From an uncultured Actinomycetes bacterium (lineage in GTDB: Bacteria > Actinomycetota > UBA4738 > JBBDTT01), in NCBI GenBank assembly GCA_963742735.1, contig CAVUMN010000003.1:800001-864000 (forward strand): DNA of 64,000 nt, read 5' to 3'. The notes under the pieces were generated by a model, which was not told the DNA's origin, searched no databases, and worked only from the letters and a program-made list of their open reading frames with translations. The position numbers were made by a program, and so were the translations under genes. This document shows positions 32,255 to 42,443 of the stretch, one piece after another. Numbering within the stretch: position 1 is the first letter of the stretch; every line of letters starts with the position of its first letter.

Positions 32255-33576
32255 GCGCGCCCCCCACCGTCGCGGTGGTCGGCCGGGTCAACGTCGGCAA
32301 GTCGACGCTGGTGAACCGACTGTTCGGCAGGCGGGCCGCGATCGCCCACGACCAGCCGGGCGTGACCCGCGACCGCGTCGAGGTCCCGGTGTCGTGGCGG
32401 GGCCGCGACTTCATCGTGGTGGACACCGGCGGCTACATCCCGCACGGGGTGGGCATCGACGCGAGCGTGCGCGCCCAGGCCGAGATCGCCGCGGAGCGCG
32501 CCGACGTGATCCTGCTCGTCGTCGACGCGGAGACCGGTATCCAGGAGGAGGACGCGCTGCTGGCCCGGCGGCTTCGCCGAGTGACGAGGCCGGTGGTGCT
32601 GGTGGCGAACAAGCTCGACGCGCCGAAGCCGAACGCCGCCGACGTGGCGCCGTTGTTCGCGCTGGGTCTGGGGGAGCCGATGCCGATCTCCGCCGTCCAC
32701 GGCTACGGCTCGGCCGAGCTCCTCGACCGGGTGCTGTCGCTGCTCCCGGAGCCCGTCGAGGAGGACGAGGGCGAGCCCTCAGACGAGGAGGCGGCCCCCG
32801 CGGAGATGCGGTTCGCGATCGTCGGCCGGCCGAACGTCGGCAAGTCCTCGCTGTTCAACCGGCTGGTGGGGGAGGAGCGGGCCGTCGTGCACGACATCGC
32901 CGGGACGACGCGCGACGCCGTGGACTCCGTGGTCGAGGTCGACGGCCGGCCGGTCCGGTTCGTCGACACCGCGGGCTTCCGCAAGCGGACGCGCCTGCAG
33001 GGCGTTGAGTACTACGGGATGGTCCGGTCACTCCAGGCCATCGACCGCAGCGACGTCGCGCTGCTGGTCGTCGACGCGTCGGACGGGGTGACCCAGGAGG
33101 ACAAGCGGATCCTGAACCGGACCGAGGAGGCGGGCCGGGGGATCGTCGCGGTCGCAAACAAGTGGGACCTGATCCCGAGCGGCGAGCGGGAGCCGATGCT
33201 GGCCGACATCCGGGAGGACCTCGCGGTGTTCCCGGGCGTGCCGGTGCTGCGAACCTCGGCCATGAACGGACAGGGCGTGCACAAGGTCCTGCCGGAGCTC
33301 ATGCGGATCCACGACGTGTGGTCCAAGCGCGTCTCGACCAGCCAGGTCAACGACGTCCTGCAGCGGGCGGCGGGGGAGCGGCCGCCGCCGCGGGCCAGCG
33401 GGCGGCCGCTGTACGGGACGCAGATCGCCTCCGGCCCGCCGAAATTCGTGATCTTCAACACGGGCGCGGTGACCCCCGGGTATCGCCGGTACCTGGAGAA
33501 CCGGATGCGCAAGGAGCTGAACTTCCCGGGGGTGCCGATCCGCATCCAGTTCCGGGAACGCCGCCGGCGGAAGTGA
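32251..33576 (+). CDS. der: Ribosome biogenesis GTPase Der
   Basis: Two GTPase domains (GRVNVGKST, GRPNVGKSS), DTGG/DTAG, NKLD/NKWD, KH-like tail. Confidence 0.97.
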   Translation: MSAPPTVAVVGRVNVGKSTLVNRLFGRRAAIAHDQPGVTRDRVEVPVSWRGRDFIVVDTGGYIPHGVGIDASVRAQAEIAAERADVILLVVDAETGIQEEDALLARRLRRVTRPVVLVANKLDAPKPNAADVAPLFALGLGEPMPISAVHGYGSAELLDRVLSLLPEPVEEDEGEPSDEEAAPAEMRFAIVGRPNVGKSSLFNRLVGEERAVVHDIAGTTRDAVDSVVEVDGRPVRFVDTAGFRKRTRLQGVEYYGMVRSLQAIDRSDVALLVVDASDGVTQEDKRILNRTEEAGRGIVAVANKWDLIPSGEREPMLADIREDLAVFPGVPVLRTSAMNGQGVHKVLPELMRIHDVWSKRVSTSQVNDVLQRAAGERPPPRASGRPLYGTQIASGPPKFVIFNTGAVTPGYRRYLENRMRKELNFPGVPIRIQFRERRRRK

Positions 33577-33600
33577 TCAGCGCCTAGACTGGGCGAGTCA

Positions 33601-33674
33601 CGGGCCGTGGCGTAGCTTGGTAGCGCGCTTGACTGGGGGTCAAGAGGTCGCGGGTTCAAATCCCGCCGGCCCGA
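33601..33674 (+). tRNA. tRNA-Pro (anticodon GGG); CCA not encoded
   Basis: Acceptor stem CGGGCCG/CGGCCCG, anticodon arm CTTGA-CTGGGGG-TCAAG, T-loop GGTTCAAATCC. Confidence 0.96.
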
Positions 33675-33819
33675 CAAGTAGGACTGCAGCTCAGATATTT
33701 TCGCCGGACGTCGGCGGGGATGACGGTGCAGGCGGATGCGACAAACTCGTTCCGAAGCGGCTCAGTCAAGATGTTCGATAGCTTTCCTAACCATCTGGGA
33801 AGGGGAAGAGGGGTAGTTG

Positions 33820-34656
33820 ATGTCTCTTCCACCTCAGGAGGCAGTCCAAGTAGTAGCCCGTCTCCTGGAAATCCTGGAAAGCCTCGCGCGGAATGCACAA
33901 ACGGCCATGCCGGAGGTCAACGAGAACCTCACAGATGGTCGTCGGCTCGCCTTAGTCCTATTCAGCGGGACTCAAGACCTCTTCGACTCCATTCGGACGC
34001 TTCTCGCGGAAGGGTATGGAGAGCAAGCCAGCATTCTCCAAAGGACACTCTTCGAGGACGCAACGACCCTCCAGTACCTTGCAGAGAACTCTGATCGGCT
34101 TGAAGAGCTAGCCCTCAACTTCCTTTACACGTCCATGGGGCAAGAGCGCGGTCTCATCGAGGAGGGAATTAGCTACGGCATGACTGTCCTTGAGCAGAAG
34201 CGGCCCGAGATCGAAGCCCGAGCCGAACGGCTGCGCGGGAGGGCAAAAGAATTGGGGGTCAAGCTCAGGAAGTTCCCCAACTTCAAGGCGCGCCTCGAGG
34301 CATTGGGCCAACTCGAAACCGCTTTCGGCCATAGCCTAGCCAGCCATACGGTGCACACTTCGGCCCTCGTCTTCACTGATCGACTTGTTCAGTTGGAAGG
34401 TGGGGTGCTGGGACTTAGGGAGAAGTCGCCGCCGAGTCGTTTGTTCGAGGCGGGCTGGTATGGCGCCTTCATGTTCGCAGCCGCCCTGGCCTCGGCGGCC
34501 CGCCTTCTGGACTGGCCCACGCGAAAGGCGGTCGAGAGCTTCTACCCGTATGTCTACGGGCAACTGGAGGCACTCGCGGAGGACGCACGCCCAATTCTCG
34601 GCTTGATCGATGCGGCGGTCCCGCCCGGGGGCGGGTTCCCTGCAGATCGCATGTAG
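33820..34656 (+). CDS. DUF5677-like (HEPN-related) protein
   Basis: A.ILQRTLFE...LQYL and S..VH (SHTVH) motifs as recalled for DUF5677; purine-rich RBS. Confidence 0.6.
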   Translation: MSLPPQEAVQVVARLLEILESLARNAQTAMPEVNENLTDGRRLALVLFSGTQDLFDSIRTLLAEGYGEQASILQRTLFEDATTLQYLAENSDRLEELALNFLYTSMGQERGLIEEGISYGMTVLEQKRPEIEARAERLRGRAKELGVKLRKFPNFKARLEALGQLETAFGHSLASHTVHTSALVFTDRLVQLEGGVLGLREKSPPSRLFEAGWYGAFMFAAALASAARLLDWPTRKAVESFYPYVYGQLEALAEDARPILGLIDAAVPPGGGFPADRM

Positions 34657-34662
34657 GACCTC

Positions 34663-35190
34663 ATGGACCAACCGGAAGCTCAAACAGCTGGCCTTCGGTT
34701 CTCCCTGCAGGTTCGGCGCGACGCGAAGGGGCGCACCCGAATTGAGATAGGGGATACCAAGCTAAGGCGTGCAATCAGTTTGCCGGCGGCGCTGTTGAGG
34801 CACGTTCCCCTTCCGACATCCGTCAAATCAGCGGCGCAGCAACTTCAAGAGGGTTTCAGCATTGGGCGAAGGCACAGCTACGCGCACGTCCGCTTTGATG
34901 CTCCGGGCAGGCTGGGGAAATGGCTTGTCAATGGTGAAGCCACACTGAGAAAGGGCCTCGATCCGCATCCGCCGGACTGGTGGAGGATCTGGCAGGAAGA
35001 CGACCTGACCGAGTTCGATCTGGAGGACTACCTCGGCGGCGCGACGCTAAGCGAGCTTCAACCGTGTCTGTCCTGGGGACTCCACCACTTCGTCGAGCGT
35101 CCTCCGCAGAGCGCCTACTTTGATGCGCAGGCGATGCGACGCGAGTTCGCAGGCCCGCTTCCGAAGCTGCCAAAGCCATTCGAAACTTGA
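34663..35190 (+). CDS. Hypothetical protein
   Basis: 175-aa ORF starting 6 nt after the previous stop, with AGGA RBS; no family recognised. Confidence 0.45.
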   Translation: MDQPEAQTAGLRFSLQVRRDAKGRTRIEIGDTKLRRAISLPAALLRHVPLPTSVKSAAQQLQEGFSIGRRHSYAHVRFDAPGRLGKWLVNGEATLRKGLDPHPPDWWRIWQEDDLTEFDLEDYLGGATLSELQPCLSWGLHHFVERPPQSAYFDAQAMRREFAGPLPKLPKPFET

Positions 35191-35244
35191 GTTCGGCCTG
35201 GCCCTGGAAAAGACGTCCACGCCTCAACAGATTCGCTTATACGA

Positions 35245-36604
35245 GTGATCCCACAGCCCCGCTGGACGTTTGCCTTGACACAACGTCTTTTTGTCGATCC
35301 CGACCCCGGAGCAGCCTCAGCGATCGAGTACCTACTGGAGCTCCCCGTCGACCAAGTGCGCCTCTTTCGCATGCCGACCCATGTTCCGCTTATTGGTTCG
35401 CTCCTGACCAGAGTCCCAGAGGCCGTGCTGAGTCAAGTGCCTCGATTTAATGAGGAGAATTGGATAAGTCTTGCAGTGCCGGTGTTTCCCGGGCTGGGCG
35501 GAGAGTTCCTGTCTCTTCGGAACGCGAATCCGCCGTATGCCTTCGGAAAGGACGCCCGCGGTCACGAACGGTGGCTTGTCGCGTGGGTGAGTACGGAGAT
35601 CGCCCACGCTGTCGCGACGCGCGATGAAGTGTTCCGACTTCGACTATGCCGTCGGATTCCCGACTCCCAGGTGTTTCGCCCCGAAGACGCCGCGCGACTA
35701 GCCGGCCTACTCGGGCGCTACCGCGACGACCTACATCTCCAGCGTCAGCGCACAGGGCATCTCCGACTCTCCGCTGAGGATTTTCGTGAGGGCGCCCTCT
35801 TCGCCAGCATCCCGGAGCTTTGGCTGGGGTTTGAATTGGTGGGTTCAGCCCCGACAGATCAGCAGCGAGGGGGGAGATTGCATGCTCTGATGTCTAGCGT
35901 CGTCTCTCGTCTGACTGGACTAGCAATGGGGGAGGACGAGATCGCCTTCCTCACATTCTTCCCGCATGACCCGCCCCGTGTTGATCTCGTTGCGTATCAC
36001 TTGGAACACGTCCTCCTGGTTGCGCAAGCCACACTCGAGGGCCTGAAGACCTTCGCAGCCGAGCTGGTTGGTCTTTCAACTCGACTTCCTTGGAAGCGCT
36101 TTCGGCGTCAGATTAGGGACCAAAACGCCGAGGCTGCGGATTTCTTGGGCTGTCCGTCAGCACTGGCATTGATGGACGTCTTGGGTGCACTCAGGCATCC
36201 CCTCGCTCACGATCAGCATTGGTGGGAGACAAGAGAACTACCCAGAAGTTGACCCTGCGTGGCATGTGCAGCGCGTCAGTGGCGAGTCGGCCATTGCCAT
36301 CGTCAATGCCTTGGCGCGGTTAGGTGAAGACCCATCGACGTGGGGCGTACACGAGGCGCAGCTCGAAGAGCAACCTGCCTCTTTGGCGCTCGAACTTGAA
36401 CCGTTTCCCTTCGCGGCCTCCCTACGTGTGAACGTCAATTGGTTCGTGTCGCGGTTCCTTGCGGCCCTCTGTTCGAAGCTAGTAAACCCTGCCACGGTCG
36501 AGGCGCGGCGAGCTCGTGAGGCACAGGTTTGGTCCAGATTGAATCCAGATCTGTCGGATCGGTACGAATTGTCGGGTTGGCCTCGGCTCCATCGCGTGCC
36601 GTAA
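35245..36604 (+). CDS. HEPN-like putative nuclease, split by one frameshift near 36230
   Basis: YHLEHVLL helix and RHPLAH (Rx4H); overlapping ORF 36185-36604 reads as the natural C-terminus (WG...LEPFPFAASL). Confidence 0.55.
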
Positions 36605-36631
36605 GCGCCACCTTCGGGTCGCGGGTGGCGT
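36605..36631 (+). terminator. Hairpin closing the islet transcript (possible terminator)
   Basis: GCGCCACC...GGTGGCGT inverted repeat directly after stop 36604; no U-tract. Confidence 0.35.
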
Positions 36632-36646
36632 GGTTCAATCGTCCGC

Positions 36647-39600
36647 GTGCGAGTGTGTCCGAACTGTGGTGAGGAGAACTCCGACCGCGCGCTGTTCTGC
36701 CAGCGCTGCGGGACCGCGCTCGGCGAGCGAGCCGAGCCCGCCCGCGAGAGCCGCAAGGTCGTCACCGTCGTGTTCGCGGACGTCACCGGGCTCGACCGCG
36801 CTCGGCGAGCGGCTCGACCCGGAGTCGCTCCGCAACGTCATGGGTCGGTACTTCGACGAGATGCGCGGCCGTGATCGAGCGCCACGGCGGCATGGTCGAG
36901 AAGTTCATCGGCGACGCCGTCATGGCCGTGTTCGGCATCCCGCGCCTGCACGAGGACGACGCGCTCCGCGCGGTGCGCGCCGCCGCGGGATGCAGCGCGC
37001 GCTCGTGCCGCTGAACGAGCGAGCTCGAGCGCGAGCACGGCGTGAGGCTCGCCATCCGCACCGGCATCAACACCGGCGAGGTCGTCGCCGGCGACCCCGC
37101 CGCCGGCCAGCGGCTGGTCACCGGCGACGCCGTCAACGTCGCGGCCCGCCTGGAGCAGGCGCGCCGAGCCCGGCGAGATCCTCCTCGGCGAGCCGACCTA
37201 CCGGCTGGTGCGCGACGCCGTCGACGGTCGAGCCCGTCGAGCCGCTCGAGCTGAAGGGCAAGGCCGAGCCCGTGCCGGCGTATCGCCTGCTCGGCCGTCC
37301 GCGCGGACGCCGCGGGGCACGCCCGCCGCCTGGACTCGCCGATGGTCGGCCGCGAGCGGAGCTGCAGCTCCTGGAGCGGGCCTTGCGAGCGCGCGTCGCG
37401 GAGCGGACCGCGCACCTGTTCACGCTGCTCGGGCCCGCCGGCGTCGGGAAGTCGCGCCTGGTCCTCGAGTTCCTGCGAGCGCGGCCGCCGCCGCGACGAT
37501 CCTGCGCGGCCGATGCCTGTCCTACGGCGAGGGCATCACGTTCTGCCCGCTGGCCGAGGTGGTGCACGAGGCGGCCGGATCGCCGATCGGACGACGATCC
37601 GCCGCGAGCGGCGCGCGACCAAGATCGACGGCCGTCCTCGACCGACGCGGGCGGGCGCGACGCCGCGGCTGCGCCGGCCTCATCGGCGTGGGTCGAGCCC
37701 GTCGCGCGCGAGGACGACGTCCTGGGCGGTCCGGAAGTTCCTCGAGCACCTGGCGCGCGAGCGCCGCTCGTGGTGGTGTTCGACGACATCCACTGGGCGG
37801 AGCCGGCGTTCCTCGACCTGATCGAGCACGTCGCCGACTGGACGCGCGACGCCCCGATCCTGCTGCTGTGCATGGCGCGGCCCGAGCTGCTCGAGCTGCG
37901 GCCCGGCTGGGGCGGCGGCAAGCTGAACGCGACGCACGGTGCTGCTCGAGCCGCTCGACCGGCGAGGCGAGCCATCGAGCTCGTCGACAACCTGCTCGGC
38001 GCGGACGACTGCCCGCCGACGCGCGCGCGACCGGATCCTGGAGGCGGCCGAGGGCAACCCGCTGTTCGTCGAGGAGATGCTCGCGATGCTGATCGACGAC
38101 GGCCTGCTCCGCCCGAGGACGGGCGCGTGGGGCGCCACCGAGGACCTCGCGCGACGTCACGGTGCCGCCGACGATCCAGCTGCTGCTCGCGGCCCGGCTG
38201 GACCGGCTGGACGCCGAGGAGCGCGCCGTGGTCGAGCGCGGCGCGGTGGAGGGCAAGGTGTTCCACCGCGGCGCGGTCATGAGGCTGGCGCCCCGACGGA
38301 GCCGCGGCGCAGGTCCCGACGCGCCTGCTCGCCCTGGCCCGCAAGGAGCTGATCCGGCCCGACCGGCCGGAGTTCGCCGGCGAGGACGCGTTCCGGTTCC
38401 GACACCTGCTCATCCGCGACGCCGCCTACCAGGCGATGCCGAAGGAGCCGCGGGCCGAGCTGCACGAGCGGTTCGCCGACTGGCTCGAGGAGCGGCGGGG
38501 GAACGCCTCGCGGAGTACGAGGAGATCCTCGGGCTACCACCTCGAGCAGGCGTACCGGTATCGGGAGGAGCTCGGGCCGGTGGACGACCGCGCGACGCGA
38601 GCTGGCCGCGCGGGCGTCGAGCGCCCTGGCCGGGTCCGCCCGCCGGGCCATGGACAAGCGCGACTTTCACGCCGGCGCTCGGCTCCTTCGACGAACGATC
38701 GACCTTCTGCCAAAGGACTCGCCGGAAGTCGTGAGCTGCGCTACGAGCTGACGGAGGCGCTCCGCGAGTCCGGCGAATATCGCGAGGCCATGGCGATCGG
38801 CGATGAGCTTCTCGGCGATAGCCCGGGAGGCCGGTGACCGCAGGATCGAGGCCCTTGCCTCGCTCCATCAGGCGTACTTCGGCACCACGGTCGACGTTTC
38901 CGTGACGATGGAGGAGCTCCTGGCACGGAGCCGGGAAGCGAGACGGACCCTCGAGGGGCTCGGCGACACGAACGGGGTCATGACGGCGCGCTGGTACGAG
39001 GAGGCGGTGCTGTTCGTGCTGGGCCGGCTGGACGATGCGGAGGCGAGCACCAGGGTCCGGCTCGAGCTCGCCCGTGAGGTCGGCGACCTCCGGGCGATGC
39101 GAGAGGCCGTCCTCGGGCTGGCCGGCAGCCTCTACTGGGGCTCGGGCACGGCGACCGAGATCCTGGCCGAGGCGGAGCGACTGGCGCCGCTGGTGGCCGA
39201 CAGTCCGACGGCGACGTCAAGGCTCATGCTTCGCCTCCCGTTCGCGTACGCGATGCTGGGCCGGTTCGACGAGGCGCGGGTCGCGGGAAAGCGCGCCCGG
39301 GACCTCATCGAACAGATCGGCAACCCGATGCACACGGGGACCAGTGCCATTTCACTACGTCGCGCATCGGTACCGGAAATCTCGAGGATGCGGACCGCGA
39401 GCACCGGGAGAGCGCCCGGCTCCTGGAGTCGATGGGGGACAAGGGGTACCTGTCATCGGTGCTGTCGACCTCGGCGAGGTCGCCATCGCGGACCGCTTCG
39501 AGGACGCCGAGCGGCTCGCCGGACGGAGCCGCGACCTGGCCGTCGAGGACGACAGCCTCGCCCAGATGGGGTGGCCAGCTCATGGCGGCCGTCCTGGCCG

Positions 39601-39839
39601 CCCGCGGGTCCATGGTGGATGCGGAACGGCTCGCCCGCGAGTCGGTGGAGATCGCCGAGCCCACCGGGTACGTCATCGACCGCGCGGATATGTGGGAGCG
39701 TCTGGGGGAGGTGCTCCGCGACGCCAGGAAGACCGACGAGGCGAGGGACGCGTTCGAGCATGCGCTCACCCTGCACGAACGCAAGGAGAACCTGGTCGCC
39801 TCGGAGCGCGTCCGGCAGGAGTTGGCGGCCCTCACCTAG
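36647..39839 (+). pseudogene. Zn-ribbon + class III adenylate/guanylate cyclase + AAA (STAND-like) ATPase + TPR gene with many frameshifts
   Basis: Fragments across frames: CPNC...CQRC, VVFADVTG, EKFIGDAVMAVFG, GINTGEV, GDAVNVAARLEQ, GPAGVGKSRL, FDDIHWA, GNPLFVEE, FRHLLIRDAAY, TPR tail. Confidence 0.85.
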
Positions 39840-39901
39840 GTCTTGTCTCCGCCGGTGGACCGGCGTAGCGTTTTGGCTCCTTCCTCATAGGAGGTGCCCG
39901 C

Positions 39902-40723
39902 ATGAACTACCGGCAGGCCGTCGCCAAGGGCCGCGCCCTTCTCAAGCGTTCCGAGACCGACCAGTGGGAGCTCGCCGAGCTGACGTACGACGTGACCACC
40001 GGCGAGGATCGCGTTACGCAGGTGACGTGGGCCGACGACATCGGCGTCACCGATACGCACGTGAGGAATCTGGCCAAGGCCTGGGAAAGGTTCGGCGGAC
40101 CGAATTCCACTTCGGATCGGTCAAATCTGACATTCAACGAGTGCTACCTGCTGGCGAGCATGTCGGAGGAGCGGGCCCACAAATTAGTTGCGAACGCAAA
40201 TAAACGGCGACGCAGCGTCACGACGATGCACCACGAGCGCCGCGTGCGCGATCCCTTCGAGGACGCCCGCGAGTACCTGGGGGACCGGCGCCGGGCCCGG
40301 AAGCTGTTGAAGGACCCGAAGGTCCGCGCCATCGTCGAGCGCGAGCTCGGTGAGACGCGCCACGAGCGGCCCCAGCGGGGGAGGCCCTCGGGCTCGCCCA
40401 TCGAGTCGGTGGGCGAGCTGAACGCGATCCGGGATCGGCTGAACGAGATGCTCGGCCAGATGCTCGACCGCCGGCTGCCGCAGACGGAGCGCCGGGGCGT
40501 GTCCGAGTCCATCGACGACGTCCGGGTCACGCTCGGCTGGATGGACGGCTACGTGACGACGGGGAACCGGTCGTTCCAGGACGCACTGGACGCCCTGCTC
40601 GCCGACCTGGCCGGTCCCACCCAGCCCGTGAGGCCGACGAAGCCAGCAACCCCGCGACGCCAGAGCCCGAAGCCCGCGCGCGAGGTCAAGGAACGGACCA
40701 GAAAGGGACGCCGCGCCTCGTAG
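39902..40723 (+). CDS. Hypothetical DNA-binding-like protein (DUF6192/DUF3102-like N-terminus)
   Basis: AGGAGG RBS; DQWELAEL...WADDIGVTDTHVRNLAKAWERF HTH-like segment; basic tail. Confidence 0.6.
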   Translation: MNYRQAVAKGRALLKRSETDQWELAELTYDVTTGEDRVTQVTWADDIGVTDTHVRNLAKAWERFGGPNSTSDRSNLTFNECYLLASMSEERAHKLVANANKRRRSVTTMHHERRVRDPFEDAREYLGDRRRARKLLKDPKVRAIVERELGETRHERPQRGRPSGSPIESVGELNAIRDRLNEMLGQMLDRRLPQTERRGVSESIDDVRVTLGWMDGYVTTGNRSFQDALDALLADLAGPTQPVRPTKPATPRRQSPKPAREVKERTRKGRRAS

Positions 40724-40753
40724 AGGTGCGTCGGTTGCGCCATGATCGTGGGG

Positions 40754-41320
40754 ATGAGACGAGCGATCCTCGCCTTGGTGGCCGCCGGAACCTTCGTCGT
40801 CCTTCAGGCGACCCCGTGCCTCGCGTGCTCGTGCAAGGAGGCCACGCCCGCCGAGATCTTCGAGCGGTCGGACGTGGTGTTCACAGGCACGGCGATCGAG
40901 GACACCCCGTTCGCCTTCTCGAGCGGCGAGGTCGAGACGCGGTTCACCGTCGAGGAGGTCCACAAGGGCGCGGTCGCCGGTCTCACGGTGTCTGTGTTCG
41001 CCGCGAACCAGACCCCGGCGTGCGGCGTCATCTTCCGAGGCGGCACTCGCTACACCGTGTACGCCGGCGACGACCCCGGCGGGCTCGAGACGAACTCGTG
41101 CTCGGGCACCCACGTGGGAACCTTCGAGCAGGCGAGCGACGTGCCGATGCATCCGTACGGCGCCCTTCCGGCGGGGTCGTCCGGGGGCGCCGACGATCTC
41201 GTGGTGTCGGGCGGTGAGGCGACGCCCTCGAACGACGCCGGCCTCGCGCTGGGCCTCGCGGGGCTCGGCCTCCTGGCGGTGGCGGCGACGGTCGTCGATC
41301 GCCGGCGCCGGCGAGCGTGA
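40754..41320 (+). CDS. Secreted, membrane-anchored TIMP/NTR-like protein
   Basis: Signal peptide followed by CSC; DVVFTG, CG..F, TNSCSG; C-terminal TM plus RRRRR. Confidence 0.65.
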   Translation: MRRAILALVAAGTFVVLQATPCLACSCKEATPAEIFERSDVVFTGTAIEDTPFAFSSGEVETRFTVEEVHKGAVAGLTVSVFAANQTPACGVIFRGGTRYTVYAGDDPGGLETNSCSGTHVGTFEQASDVPMHPYGALPAGSSGGADDLVVSGGEATPSNDAGLALGLAGLGLLAVAATVVDRRRRRA

Positions 41321-41324
41321 GCTG

Positions 41325-41453
41325 ATGGCCCTCGTCCTGTTGTTCCTCGCGCTGTTGCCCACCGCGGTCCTGGTGGTGGCCATGGTGATCCGGGCGTGGC
41401 AGCCGCGGTCCTCGTTCGACGCGCCCAGGGAGCGGCGGGGCCGGCGGGGGTAG
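41325..41453 (+). CDS. Small single-TM protein (42 aa)
   Basis: MALVLLFLALLPTAVLVVAMVIRAW plus basic tail, 4 nt after the previous stop. Confidence 0.45.
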   Translation: MALVLLFLALLPTAVLVVAMVIRAWQPRSSFDAPRERRGRRG

Positions 41454-41495
41454 GCTTCGCGTGAGCGCGACCAACGAGCGGGAGAGGGTGGCGGC

Positions 41496-41764
41496 ATGGC
41501 GGAATCACAAGGGCAAGGGCCTGACGGATCGGGCGAGCGACCTGGTCGGCAAGGTCATGGAGGTCGCCGGGCCGGCGGCGTCCAAGGGCGCCGAGACCGC
41601 GAAGAAGGTGGCGAAGAAGGGCTTCGAGGTCGCGCAGTCCGCGGCCAAGGCCGCCGCGCCGATCGCCAAGTCGGCGGCCGAGCAGGCCGGCAAGGTCGCG
41701 TCGAAGGGATTTGACACCGGCGAAGAAGGCCGCCGACTCGGCCCGCAAGCGGCTCAACAAGTAA
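41496..41764 (+). CDS. Small Ala/Lys-rich repeat protein with two apparent +1 frameshifts
   Basis: Reads MAE...KGKGLTDRASDLVGK...SKGFDT/AKKAADSARKRLNK* if single extra bases at about 41505 and 41719 are removed. Confidence 0.55.
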
Positions 41765-41766
41765 CG

Positions 41767-42443
41767 GTGCGCGGTCCCGGACTCCGCCCCCGACGTTCCC
41801 GAGGTCGTCGAGGCCGCCCGCGGCGGCGTGCACCCGCAGGATCGCGACGATCCCGAACCTGCTCTCGGCGATCCGCATCCTGCTGATCCCCGTCTTCGTC
41901 ATGCTGATCCTGGGCGAGGACTCCAAGCTCGAGGGCATGCTCCTGCTGGCGTTCGTCCAGTCCACGGACTGGGTCGACGGCTACATCGCCCGGCGCTACG
42001 GCCAGGTCAGCGAGCTCGGCAAGCTTCTCGACCCCCTCGCCGACCGCCTGGCCGTCGGCGCGGCCCTGATCACGTTCGTCGTCGTGGACGCCCTCCCGCT
42101 GTGGACGGCGCTCACCGTCCTGGTCCGCGACGGCCTGGTCCTGTTCGCGGCGATCTACCTGGTGCTCACGAAGGGCCCGCGCATCGACGTGCGCGGGATC
42201 GGCAAGATCGCCACGTTCACGCTCATGTGGGGACTGCCCCTGATCGCCTGGGGGAACCTCGGGCTGCCGCTGCCGCTCCTGGCCCGGACCTGCGGCTGGG
42301 CGTTCTTCGCGGTGGGCATCCTGGAGTACTGGATCGCCGCCGCCCTGTACGTGCAGGACCTTCGGGCGGCCTACGCGGCGCGCTCGTCCGAGCACGCGGC
42401 GGGAGTAGCTCCACCCGCCCGCGGATATCATCAGCCGGGATGA
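41767..42443 (+). CDS. CDP-alcohol phosphatidyltransferase (start uncertain, probable 5' frameshift)
   Basis: [12 protein letters not shown] upstream of the track's ATG; [10 protein letters not shown]...[10 protein letters not shown] motif. Confidence 0.88.

Larger units (their letters stand above)
33678..36610. other. AT-richer genomic islet at the tRNA-Pro 3' end, no integrase seen
   Basis: Abrupt shift to A/T-ending codons right after the tRNA; host-like composition resumes at about 36640. Confidence 0.75.

Noticed and set aside
33655-36650. attL/attR duplication of the tRNA 3' end
   Set aside because: No convincing second copy found by eye; GGTTCAA near 36632 is too short.
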